A stretch of DNA of 62,871 nucleotides, the filler included, from Stramenopiles sp. TOSAG23-2 (Eukaryota), in NCBI GenBank assembly GCA_900128395.1. It is 23 parts of 23 records of this genome, joined end to end, with 100 filler letters (N's around TTAATTAATTAA, not from the genome) between each part and the next. Parts side by side here need not be neighbours in the genome. Positions count along the whole stretch, not along the records: positions 35,714 to 38,345 come from LT651611.1; positions 38,446 to 41,075 come from LT651612.1; positions 41,176 to 43,804 come from LT651613.1; positions 43,905 to 46,532 come from LT651614.1; positions 46,633 to 49,258 come from LT651615.1; positions 49,359 to 51,984 come from LT651616.1; 17 more parts are not named here. The stretch is one strand, 5' to 3'. The translations under genes and the position numbers were made by a program. The notes under the pieces were generated by a model that saw nothing but the letters and a program-made list of their open reading frames with translations, did not search any database and had not been told where the DNA came from. Shown piece by piece: positions 38,065 through 49,607 of this stretch (the first letter of the stretch is position 1; the number at the start of each line of letters is the position of its first letter).

Positions 38065-39337
38065 ATTTGTTTTTTACAAAAACGTTTTAAAATATACACG
38101 TTCGCATATTTATCATGTACGATCGTAATAAAAAATACATATTTTTCATAAATTAACACTGCATCATTTTTTTAAATTACTCTCTGATAGATCTCGAGAT
38201 ACACGCATGCATGTGCGCAAAAACGCATACACACTCTATATATATTATTTCACACTTCTACATTTTGAATTTGTTAAATATGGTGAATCAAAACTTGTTT
38301 CATCACCTGCATTACATCCTGGGACTGGGAATACACGCACACTTANNNNNNNNNNNNNNNNNNNNNNNNNNNNNNNNNNNNNNNNNNNNTTAATTAATTA
38401 ANNNNNNNNNNNNNNNNNNNNNNNNNNNNNNNNNNNNNNNNNNNNTTGTATATATGATTTAAGGTATTTTACGGAAAGAAAAGCAATTAGTTAAAAATAG
38501 TTGGCTATTTATAGTGTCGTTTTTTTTGAAGATTTAACCGAGTGATGGATTTCATGCTATATATATGGTAAATAACTCGATGCTATGTTGATTGTATATA
38601 ATATTTAAGGTATTTCGTCATTGTCTACTTATAGTCGTTTTTTGCTGTTGGTGGTTAATGTATTTTAAATTGGCCACTTATTTTAAGGGAAAGTACATTA
38701 AATATCACGTTTTGCAAATCCATCATCTTCCGAGTGTAAAAAAACCCCAGCATGGAAATAGCACAGAAAATTCAGTTTTCCTTCGGTTTGCACGGACGAC
38801 TGCGCGCGGCTGCCGTGCTATCCAGCTGCTAATGGGATTTGGCAGGTAAATAGTACTTAATAGGTTGCTCGTGCCATCAACATGGTAGCTCTAGGCATAC
38901 CTGGCATACCAGCATACCATTGAACGAGGAATTAAATCCGAATATTTTGTACTTAATTGTATGCTAATATAATAAAGTTCCTATATGGTTTTGCGGTTAT
39001 GAATGTTTTTTAATCAGTTTTGTACGTGCGAGCAGGTATACTAGTTTCTTGTCATACAGAGAGACGCAGCTCACGGATACAGCTTAATTCTACTTATATC
39101 AATACAGACTAAATTACAAATATATGACATTATTTGTAGCCCTACATAAAATCTCGTAACTATACTAACTCCAAAACACCACAAACCACAAAAACCTGTG
39201 TTTAAAACTTAATCAAGTAAGAAACAGTATGGCACGGTACATCTAAACAAAAGTTGAAAATAGAATCGATAATAGAAGCAAACAAGAATTAAAAAAACAT
39301 ATATGTAAAAATCATACCAAGTTAACAAGGGGCTATT

Positions 39338-40976
39338 ATGAATTATAAAATTGTTTTCTTGTGCTTTGAAATATATTTTTACTGTATGGTGAATCTGATC
39401 GAATCTATGCAGGTCTTACCTGGAGTTGCAACTACTTACTCCTCTGGATCAGCACTTTCAATTTCACCAACAAATAAATACGCTATTGTTGGTAGGCGAA
39501 ATTATAATGCAGTTCGTATATTTGAGAAGTATCTAAATGGGTCGTGGAACCCAAATCCTGTTGCTTATTTTAACGAATGTTGCGATAGCTTTGGTAGTAC
39601 AGTTGCAATAACTGATACTTATGCCTTGGTAGGTGAAGACAGCTATTGTTGTGGTAAAATTAGGATTTATGAAAATAATGCAGGAGTTTGGACGTATTTA
39701 AGCCAAATTTCGTCGAACAGTGGTAATATCATTGATAGTTACTTTGGCAGGAGCTTTAATTTAATAGATAATACTGTACTAGTTTGTTCGGGAGAGAGTT
39801 ATGAGGGTAAAGCCCGTATATATCAGAATAGCGGTAATGGTAATTGGAATTTACAGATGGAAGTTGATAGCTACAATCTTGACCCGATGAATGTACAATA
39901 TTTCTGTAACTATGGAATCGCTCTAAGCAGCCAGTATGCTATGCTATATGGGCGAAGCGATATGGATCAAAATCGGAAGATATACATATTTGAATCTATT
40001 GCTGGCACATGGTCATCAACTGTTGCAGCTGAACTTTCGGGAGCCAGTTTAGGAATAAATTTTAACTGCGACGTATATTCTGGTAAAATGGCCATGACTG
40101 ATACATATGCAGCATTTATAACCTGTTCAGACTTACATATACTTGAAAATCAAGCTGGAAACTGGGTATTGATGACTTCTGTTAACATAGATAATATAAT
40201 GTCAAGGTCCTATGGTACTGACATACTTCGAATAAAAATGACAGAAAAATATATAGTGATGACAGTGTACTACCATATGTGTGATATGTACATTTGTGAT
40301 GATTATTATCTGGTTACATTTGAAAACAGGAATGGAATATGGGACACAGCACACCCTGAAATAAGAAATTCAGTAACAACTGATTACGAAGTTGCTCTAG
40401 ACGGAAATGTTCATAAAATTCGCAACGAACTACATGACTTTGGTCGACACATCGCGATAACGAATTCATTGATATTTGTAACTGCACAATCCAATGTATA
40501 CATTTTTGGAAGTAATTCTACCTCCATCTTTGCTCATTTGAATTTTGAAGAAGCAAGTCGAACATTCATGGGACCAAAAGGAGACAAGGGGGAACGTGGT
40601 TTACAGGGAATAAAAGGTGACAAAGGAGATCAGGGTGATAGAGGGTACAATGGATCACGCGGATTGACAACCTATATACCTGGCCCAACAGGCCCAATGG
40701 GGCCACAAGGTAAGTTAACTAGTCTATACTTGCTAAAAAAAAAAAGGCACTTCTTCTTCTTTTCCTTTAAAACTAACCAAGTTTTTCAATAAAAATAATT
40801 TGCAGGTTTACAAGGCATCCCCGGAGCACAAGGTCCTCCTGGAGTAGAGGGTCCACAAGGCGTTCAAGGACAACAAGGTCCTCCTGGTGTACAAGGGGAG
40901 GGAGGCGTTCAGGGTGCCCAAGGGGTTCAAGGCCAACAAGGAATTCAAGGCCCGGATGGAGCACAAGGAATACGAG
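39338..40976 (+). CDS. Secreted FG-GAP-like beta-propeller protein with a collagen Gly-X-Y domain; exons 39338-40709 and 40806-40976; continues beyond the contig
   Basis: Signal peptide; [23 protein letters not shown] and FGRHIAI blades; GXY repeats. Intron 40710-40805 (GTAAGT..CTAAC..TGCAG) restores the GXY frame; next donor GTACGT at 40977. Confidence 0.82.
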
Positions 40977-41330
40977 GTACGTTTCCACTTACAATTGTAT
41001 ATCGTTGGCAGTAATACATTATAAATTAATCAATTGTAAAATTCCTACTAACATGCAATACAATTGTAATTTATTNNNNNNNNNNNNNNNNNNNNNNNNN
41101 NNNNNNNNNNNNNNNNNNNTTAATTAATTAANNNNNNNNNNNNNNNNNNNNNNNNNNNNNNNNNNNNNNNNNNNNGAAACCTGATAACTTCGATTATTAG
41201 GGTCCTCTGGGTACTTCAATTCTGCAAAGTGCATCATTAAAAGGCAACCAGATGGGTCAATAAAACCATCATTAATGCATATATATATCATATGAAACAA
41301 CTTAGATTTTAACCAACAATAATGAAATGT

Positions 41331-41722
41331 GTTTAAAATCTAAGTTATATGATTCGTATGACTCGTACGTTCGTAATAATTACGAACTGCGTAAATAGTT
41401 TTACATTCCGTGGTAAACAGTCAAATCCTATAATATAGTAACCAGGATCTTTCACTTCGACAGCCTCACCGTTTTCGAGGGAACCCGACGCCCAGCCCGC
41501 TCAACGAACGAACGAACATGGAAGGAGATAGAAACCTACTTTGTGCTTGTATGATAGAGTATTATATCATAGAGTGCAGCATATGTGCATTAGAGCTTTA
41601 CTGTATATATGAAGTAGTAAGTGAATCTGATTACATCTCTTGAGATAGAATTATTGAGCAACGATAGTATTTACCACGGGAAGTAAAATTATTACGAAGT
41701 ATTAAAACTTAGATTTTAACCA
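41331..41722 (+). mobile_element. Dispersed element family X, two-ended copy (392 bp) with bipartite inverted termini; an extra box-A copy lies at 41299-41315
   Basis: Left end GTTTAAAATCTAAGTT (41331) plus TTTTACATTCCGTGGTAAA (41399). Right end TTTACCACGGGAAGTAAAA (41670) plus AACTTAGATTTTAACCA (41706). Confidence 0.8.
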
Positions 41723-41822
41723 TTCATAAAATATGATAGTTAACCGTTTTTTATTATATAGGGTATCGCAACATAGTAACTAAGTACAAAGTACAAAGGC
41801 AAACAATAAGCATTAGCACTTT

Positions 41823-43804
41823 CTAACTTCCCCCGTGGCGCCCTAACAACCTCCTCCTTCTTCTCGCATTCATCCCATCATTCACATCACCATATGCATG
41901 ACATTCACCATTAATCTCACATATCTCATATGCAGCGGTACCACCATTTTGAAATACACCTAAATATATACCCATATTTTGATTTACAAAATATTGCGTA
42001 TCTGCATTTGTACTACCAGTACCAACTTGACTTATACAATCACATAAATCTGGTGATTGTGAACATGAAAATGAATATGAACCATCGGTATCAACATTTA
42101 CACCACTTAAACTATTATGGACTTTACATTTACCATCATTATCTCCATGGGAATTAACATTTGATATAAAATCAGACCATGCCTCATCCCAATCCATTCT
42201 TACTTTGGATAATAAACGTCGTCTTTGATCATTACCTGTATTTGAAGTTTTACCAAGAATATATTCTTTTAATCCTAATTTTGCTAATTCACTTTTACAT
42301 GTAAATGTTTTGGTACGATCTTTACTATCTTTTTTCCAACATATTTTTGTTTTTGCTTCGGATACTTTGTAAACCGACTCACGTATCCAATTATAAAAGA
42401 TGTTTACTTTATTTTCTTCTAATAATCTTTGGTCTTCTCCTTGATTTGTATTTATTCTTCTGTCATCACGAGCATATAAAGTGCCATCAAGCGAAACAGT
42501 AGCTCGGACAAAACTTAGTGCAAACAGCAAATGCGGTAACACTCTTTTTTTGGCATGCCATTTTAGGGATTCCCTAATTTTTGCCCATTCAAATTTGTTC
42601 AACCGTTTTTTCCATGACTTATTATATGTTGTTACACCAAACCTCTCAAATACTCTTCTGTCCTCCTTCAATTTATTTATAATCTGATACTTTAGCTTAA
42701 CAATTTCGTTAGGGTCGGTCGCAGCTTTCATCTGTGCGTCAATCTTCTGTATATAATCAGCTCTGCGCTTTATACTATGTTCGTACCTGTTTTTTTGGAT
42801 TTTAAAAATTTCCTCCTTATTCCTTTGTATACATCCTTTATCACAAGATGGATCTTTCCCATTTAATCTTTGTTGCAAAAGTTGTTCCTGTTTTCTTTGG
42901 TCCTTGTACAACTTAATTGTTTTTTCATTACTTTCATCTAATGCTAACAATTTTTTTAATAAATTTTCTTGCTCTTTTGTACGTTGATGTTTCTTTATCT
43001 TCTTGAGGTTTCTTATTTGATTCTTATATTTTCTACCATATAGTTCATATTTCTTTATCTTGTCTGCGCGCTCCACTAATTTTAATTCTAAAATTTTTTT
43101 CTCTAACTTTTTTGGGTTATCCTTAAACTTCTTATTAAGTTCCTTATATTGCCGGTCATATTTTTTATTGATATCGTGAGCTGTTTCAGCTTTTAAATTT
43201 TTAAATTTTTTTGCATCAGCAACATCATCTGCTACTTTACCAGCTTTTTCTACGGCATCAAAATGTTGCTTATTTAATCGTACCTGTTTTGCAAATCCAT
43301 GTTTTTTAAAATATGCATTTAAATTTAAATCAGGATATTTTTCTTTCCAAAAATCAGTATCAATATTTCCACTTTTAATTTGTTCTTTGAATTTTTTAAT
43401 ATCTTTAATTTCCCGAATACCAAGTTTACGTGCACGCGTTTCTAAATTTTTATTGCTAAGTCGATTGCGCCCAGCGCCGTTTTGATTTGCGCGGTTCATG
43501 GCTATTGAATTATCATTTCTGGCTTGTGCAAGATTGTCCACCTTCGCCGATACATCATTTGGCAATACATCACTACTTTTTGATTTAAAACCATCCTTCT
43601 CACTAGTTAATTTCTTCCATACATTTTTCATACCATCTTTTGCGTTCTTTGCTCCATTTTTAAAGATTATCATATCTGCTTTGAATTCAGGATGAAATTC
43701 CATTCCAAATCGTTTGAAAAATGGTTTTGTTTTATCTGCTTTAATTTTCAATACTTTATCTAAACCACTCATTACAATGATTTCTGTAACTGCACCAATC
43801 ATAA
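41823..43804 (-). CDS. Large Lys-rich protein, family Y member 1 (C-terminal part; 5' truncated)
   Basis: 659-aa open frame sharing blocks with 46633-49258. Cys-rich C-terminus bracketed by RRRLL motifs. Confidence 0.85.
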
Positions 43805-44172
43805 NNNNNNNNNNNNNNNNNNNNNNNNNNNNNNNNNNNNNNNNNNNNTTAATTAATTAANNNNNNNNNNNNNNNNNNNNNNNNNNNNNNNNNNNNNNNN
43901 NNNNAAGGTATTAATACCAGGTATAATAATGTAATAATAACAATAATAATATTTATTGTAAAATGAATGGACACATTATTTATATTATTATTAGAATTAT
44001 TTATTCCAAATTATAAAAATATATAGACTTAGTTATTTTTACATGATATATATATATAGAGAGAGAAGTATACCAATAGAAAAGAAACAAACATACAGTA
44101 AATGTAATATATATATATATATATATATAGTCGACTAATATACAACAAACGTCGAAATAAATATACAATACC

Positions 44173-44720
44173 ATGAAAATCAATAATAAACCAATTATAG
44201 TATTAACAATATTACTATCATGTAACATTATGACATACATAGTACATTCATCTTCTATTATTAATACGACAAATACTCCACCAAAAATATGTATCGTTCA
44301 AGATACTGCACCACATGCAACAATGCAACCTACGCAAGCAAGATTTAAGAATGTTGCACAAGAAGCTGGATTAGTTGAAAGACAATGTTTTATACGTACT
44401 ACACCTAATTGTTTATTTAAACAATATGATCCAAAATTAGAGCGATGTATATTGTTAATTGCTTTTTTTTCTTTTTGGAATCTTTTTTTTTTGTATCACT
44501 ATCGCCGTAAACAAATTCACCGAATGCATATAAACCAGAGATAGTTCCAAGATAGAACATTGTTACAATCAATGCAGAATCAATTCTAGTCAAGTACCAT
44601 TTTGTTGGAATACGATGGGCAGTAGAGTGCGCATGTATTGGTTGTCCAAATGTCGATGCAAGTTGTCTATCCAAGTCTTTATAAAAAACTTGTGCCTTAT
44701 CAGCAAATTTTAAGGAAATA
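44173..44720. CDS. Hypothetical gene, strand and structure unclear (two converging, overlapping ORFs)
   Basis: The + ORF 44173-44544 starts with a signal-peptide-like stretch. The - ORF 44674-44417 has a TM segment and a basic tail. Possibly one gene with an inverted part. Confidence 0.3.
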
Positions 44721-45084
44721 TTCCAAATCGATTATATATTCTGGTTTTTTTTAGTGCCGCCTGTGTGCATACTATTTTAACTGTGAGATCATAACACTTT
44801 TATATATAGAATCTAACACTATAGTATAAATTTTTTAAATAATAAAAGACGACATTAAGATGCAAATTGCAAATTGAAGTACAGTATGTGGTGTATCTTT
44901 CTATCTTTCAGGGCCTAAAAATATCTTTTGCGAAAAACAAATGTTGGACTGAAGATAGACGACAATAAACGACTGATAGATATGTATAAAGTTGGACAAC
45001 AATACACAGAATAATAAAATATTAAGAGAAGAAATAACATTAAAACAAACAATATCTAAAAAAGAAAACAATTATTAAAAAACT

Positions 45085-46035
45085 ATGCGTGTACTTTTAT
45101 TATTATTAATTTGTTTAGCATGCACAACATCAACTTATGCTGGAATGTTTGATGGGAAGGTGTGTTATATCACAGGTGGTACATCTGGCTTGGGCGCAGC
45201 AGCAGCTGTAGCAGCTGCAAGAGAAGGATGTAAAACTGTATTTACGGGAAGACGTGAGGAAAAGGGAAAAGCTGTGGAAAAACTCATTGCAGATAATGGT
45301 GATACCGGTATGTTTATTAAATGCGATGTAACGAAAACGGAAGAAGTAAAAGCATCTATTGATGCCACCATTGAAAAATATGGATCTTTAGATCTGGCAT
45401 TCAATAATGCAGGTATTGCACCATTCAACGAGTATCAGCCTTTGCATATGATGGCAGAAGATGGATGGAAACAGACCATCGACGTCAATGTTAATGGGGT
45501 GTTTTATTCTATGAAACATGAAATTACAGCGATGCTTGAACGAAATATCAAAGGATCTGTTGTTAATTGTGGAAGTATTTATAGTTTTCGTTCTACAGAA
45601 TGGGCTGCTGCGTATAGTACTTCAAAACATGCTTTGACTGCTTTAGCAAAGACTGGTGCAATCAATTATGCTAAATATGGGATACGTGTAAATAACATTA
45701 ATCCAGCATTTAGCCCTAGTGAAATCACTGCAGGATTTGTTGCAGCAGAATCTACTGTACCAATAATATCTGAATGGCAACCAGCGGGACGTTTCTTGAA
45801 AAATTCCGAAGTTATTGATGGATTATTTTGGTTGTGGAGCGACAAATCAACCTTCTACAATGGTCAAAGTTTAATTCTCGATTCTGGATTGACGGCAGGT
45901 TGGGTACCACCGAAACGTTTGGAAGAGCAAATGCGAGCATTGATGAAAGCTCTTAAATTGCCATACCCGGATGATGTAGCTGCAAAAGGCTCAACAAAAT
46001 ACGATGAACCAGTTTTAACAAAGGAAGAACTTTAA
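45085..46035 (+). CDS. Classical short-chain dehydrogenase/reductase with a signal peptide
   Basis: TGGTSGLG, NNAG, YSTSK, IRVNNINP; hydrophobic N-terminus; C-terminal KEEL resembles an ER-retention signal. Confidence 0.93.
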   Translation: MRVLLLLLICLACTTSTYAGMFDGKVCYITGGTSGLGAAAAVAAAREGCKTVFTGRREEKGKAVEKLIADNGDTGMFIKCDVTKTEEVKASIDATIEKYGSLDLAFNNAGIAPFNEYQPLHMMAEDGWKQTIDVNVNGVFYSMKHEITAMLERNIKGSVVNCGSIYSFRSTEWAAAYSTSKHALTALAKTGAINYAKYGIRVNNINPAFSPSEITAGFVAAESTVPIISEWQPAGRFLKNSEVIDGLFWLWSDKSTFYNGQSLILDSGLTAGWVPPKRLEEQMRALMKALKLPYPDDVAAKGSTKYDEPVLTKEEL

Positions 46036-46632
46036 AAATAATGCCTAAACTTTGGTAGTTCCTTGTAGAATAATTTTTTACTTTTCTTCGATTTTTTTTG
46101 ACACAAACGTAAAAGCAATTCATTTATGGCACAACGTTTTTAGAAGAAAAGTATTATACATTATACATTATACATTATACATTATAAAAAACTACATTGC
46201 GTTAATATTATATATATTATATGTAGTAAATCGTTCTGAAAAGAAGTATTTTAGTAATTCGACAAAATGGTTATAACCTCGCTAGATACGTGCATAAGAG
46301 AGTGCAAGTGATTGGTGCGCCAAGTCCTCATAGTAATATTAAATACATCATACTTTATATTAGTAAAAATTTTAATCAAGTATATAAAATAGAATATGGC
46401 ATAAAATAATGTATGTACCTATATATATATTGTTGGTTTCCAAAACTAAAACGATGAACGATGAGAAAACTTTTTCTTGAAATAATAAGTGCCAAGTGCC
46501 GTGAAAGGCAAGGACCCCTGCCCTGAATTTAANNNNNNNNNNNNNNNNNNNNNNNNNNNNNNNNNNNNNNNNNNNNTTAATTAATTAANNNNNNNNNNNN
46601 NNNNNNNNNNNNNNNNNNNNNNNNNNNNNNNN

Positions 46633-49258
46633 TTCACTTTTACATGTAAATGTTTTGGTACGATCTTTACTATCTTTTTTCCAACATAGTTTTTTATTTG
46701 ATGTTGATTCCGTAATTTTATTATTAAATATATTTTTCTTTGGCATCAATTTTTTTAAAAACGTGCTTTGAAATTTAATATATAATTTATTACGATCATC
46801 AATTGTATAGGATGTACCTTTTAATGTTGTTAAGATATGATAACTCATACGTAAACATTTAAGAGCATTTTTTGCATCTTTTAATGTACCACACATACCA
46901 AGAAATTTTGTAACTTGGATTGCCATTTGACCATCGTACATGCCTAATTGATGCATTTTTAAAATGGTTTTTTTCTGGTTGACCACGAGTTTTGCTGTGT
47001 GTATGTTTTTTACACCGGTAGCTATGATTTTCGTTTTTTTAGCGTTTGCAGCAGCAGCGTTTGCAGCCCTCTCTGCTGTCTTTTTCGGACTTTTCATTGT
47101 TGGTTTTGGTTTTACAGCACCCACAGCAGGCTTCTTGTACCCTTTTTTTATAAACCAATTTTCTGTGTCTGGGTATTTTTGTTTCCAAAACTCGAAATCA
47201 ATATTTCCACTTTTTAGTTGATCCCTGAATTTTGTAATATCTCTATGATCTCTAATGCCCAATCTATTTGCATGTAATTTTACTGTTTTCTTGCTTAGTT
47301 GATTACGTCCAGCGCCGTTTTGCCTTGCGCGGTTATTTGCTTTTGCAGCCTTTGTTTTTCCTTTTTTGTTTTCAATATTATTTTTGTGACTGGTTTTACC
47401 TATATCGTGTTTCGCGGAAAGTATCTCGTCAGTTAATCCATTCATTTTATCCACCTCTTTCTTAAACTCTATTTTTGATACAGGTTTGCCACCGATGTTT
47501 TTTTGATGGTCTAAGTATTTGTTATACTCAATATCTAATTGAAAGTTATCTCGGATATATTGCTTCTTGAATTCCCTAAATTTTGAATTTCTGTTTGTAG
47601 CGTATTTTTTTCCATTTTGGTTCCAAGATCTATCTGTCCACGAGCCCTGCCCATTTCCCTTTATATTTGGATTTGGTGTGTCATAGAACGCTATTTTATT
47701 TTCAGGTACCCCGGCATCAAGTTTCTTTTTCTTGTAAGCTTCATATTTCTGTTTTTTATATGCTTCCAGAACCTCGTCTTCCATTTGCTGTAATTGTTTT
47801 TGCAAGAGTTTCTCCTTATTTACATATGGTTTATCATCTACATCATCTGCTACTTTACCAGCATCTGCAGCAACATCATCCGCAACTTTACCAACATCAT
47901 CTGGTAATACATCACTACTTTTTGATTTCAAACCATCCTTACCAGTTAATTTCTTCCATCCATTTTTTATACCATCCTTTGCATTCGTCGCTGCATCCCC
48001 TAATATTTTCATATCACTTTTAAATTCTGGATGAAATTCCAAACCATAACGTTTGAAAAATGGTTTTGCTTTATCTGCTTTAATTTTCAATACTTTATCT
48101 AAACCACTCATTACAATGATTTCTGTAACTGCACCAACCATACCAAATGAATCTTCTATCATTTTTTTCTGACATGTATCATCACAATTTTCAGTAATCA
48201 TTTTCTTCGTACCTTGATATAACGATACAACTTTATTTTTCATATAATTAAATGAAAAATATAATCCCATTATCATACCAGCATATTTAATAATAAGTGG
48301 TATAACAACATAACCAAGTGCCATAAATACCATATTCATAATTAACATAGCAGCAATCATACCAACCATTACAACTAACATTTTTGTTCCCGGACATTGC
48401 CACATATATTTCATACCTTCTTTTAATAAGTCTACTAAAGATTTAATAAATTCTTTTACAGAATGTATAATATGTTTACGTCCTTCCGATGTCCATACTT
48501 TTTTGTGTACTTTTTTCATATGTGACCACATATGTTTAAATTTATGTATCACATGTTTTAATTTTGTATGAACGTTTCCACCGTCACATTTTGGATCTTC
48601 AAACGCAGTACGTAGTTCGGATGCCATACCAGATAAAAATCCATCCACAAAACCAAATAATGCAGCACCAATTGCACCTTTTACGTTTAAAGCTTTATCA
48701 ATTTCTTTCGTATGCGACAAAGCTTTGTCCGCATCAATTTTTGCTGTTGCCGTAGTACCTTTTGCAACACATTCACATTCATTCGCTCCATCATCATCGC
48801 AGATACACTCTCCTTTGCAAGGGTTGCTTTTAAGTGGGCGACAATCTGAATGTTTTCCACAAGTAAAGGTAGTGGATCTCTCGCATTCACCTAATAACGA
48901 TGCTTTATCTTTTTTTGTAACTACTTTTGCAGTAGCTTTACTACCACTCCAGCCCCAACCAGTCATCGCTTTCTCCAATAAAATTGATACATCTTCACGA
49001 TGTCCTTTTAGTTCACTTGGTGATAATATTTTATTTTCAGGTATTTCCTTTAAACTATTTAAATCCTCGAGGATCGGGCTATTCTCAAACGAAAACCCTT
49101 CTTTTAAACTTTTGTGCATCTCCATCATTTCCATCGTGCCATAGGCTTCTGCAGACATACCATGCATATCTTCTACCTCTAGAAAGCTATCAACATCTAC
49201 ATTTTCCATCATCTGGACAATATTGGTCAACGAGCTAGATAGTTGTGCACCTTCTCGT
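46633..49258 (-). CDS. Large protein, family Y member 2 (truncated at both ends)
   Basis: Frame open across the whole contig. Cys-rich EGF-like module, hydrophobic helical region, then blocks shared with 41823-43804. Confidence 0.85.
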
Positions 49259-49358
49259 NNNNNNNNNNNNNNNNNNNNNNNNNNNNNNNNNNNNNNNNNN
49301 NNTTAATTAATTAANNNNNNNNNNNNNNNNNNNNNNNNNNNNNNNNNNNNNNNNNNNN

Positions 49359-49429
49359 CTTGCGATTGAGTATTGAGCATATTACTTAACACGAGAAGTG
49401 TAAAATTATTATAACTTAGATTTTAACCA
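49359..49429 (+). mobile_element. Dispersed element family X, right end at a contig break
   Basis: CTTGCGATTGAGTATTGAGCA..TTAACACGAGAAGTGTAAAA..AACTTAGATTTTAACCA. Confidence 0.75.
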
Positions 49430-49607
49430 TCAAAATAAAATACAAGAATAAATATTAAATATAAAGATTTTATTTACTCGTGTATATACGAGTATTCGTA
49501 AGCACTACTAAATGTTGAATACTATTTACGAACGTAATTTACACACGCATAATTTATATATGCATTAGCACTGTGGACAAAAAAAAGTGTGGTGTGTGTG
49601 TGTGTTT

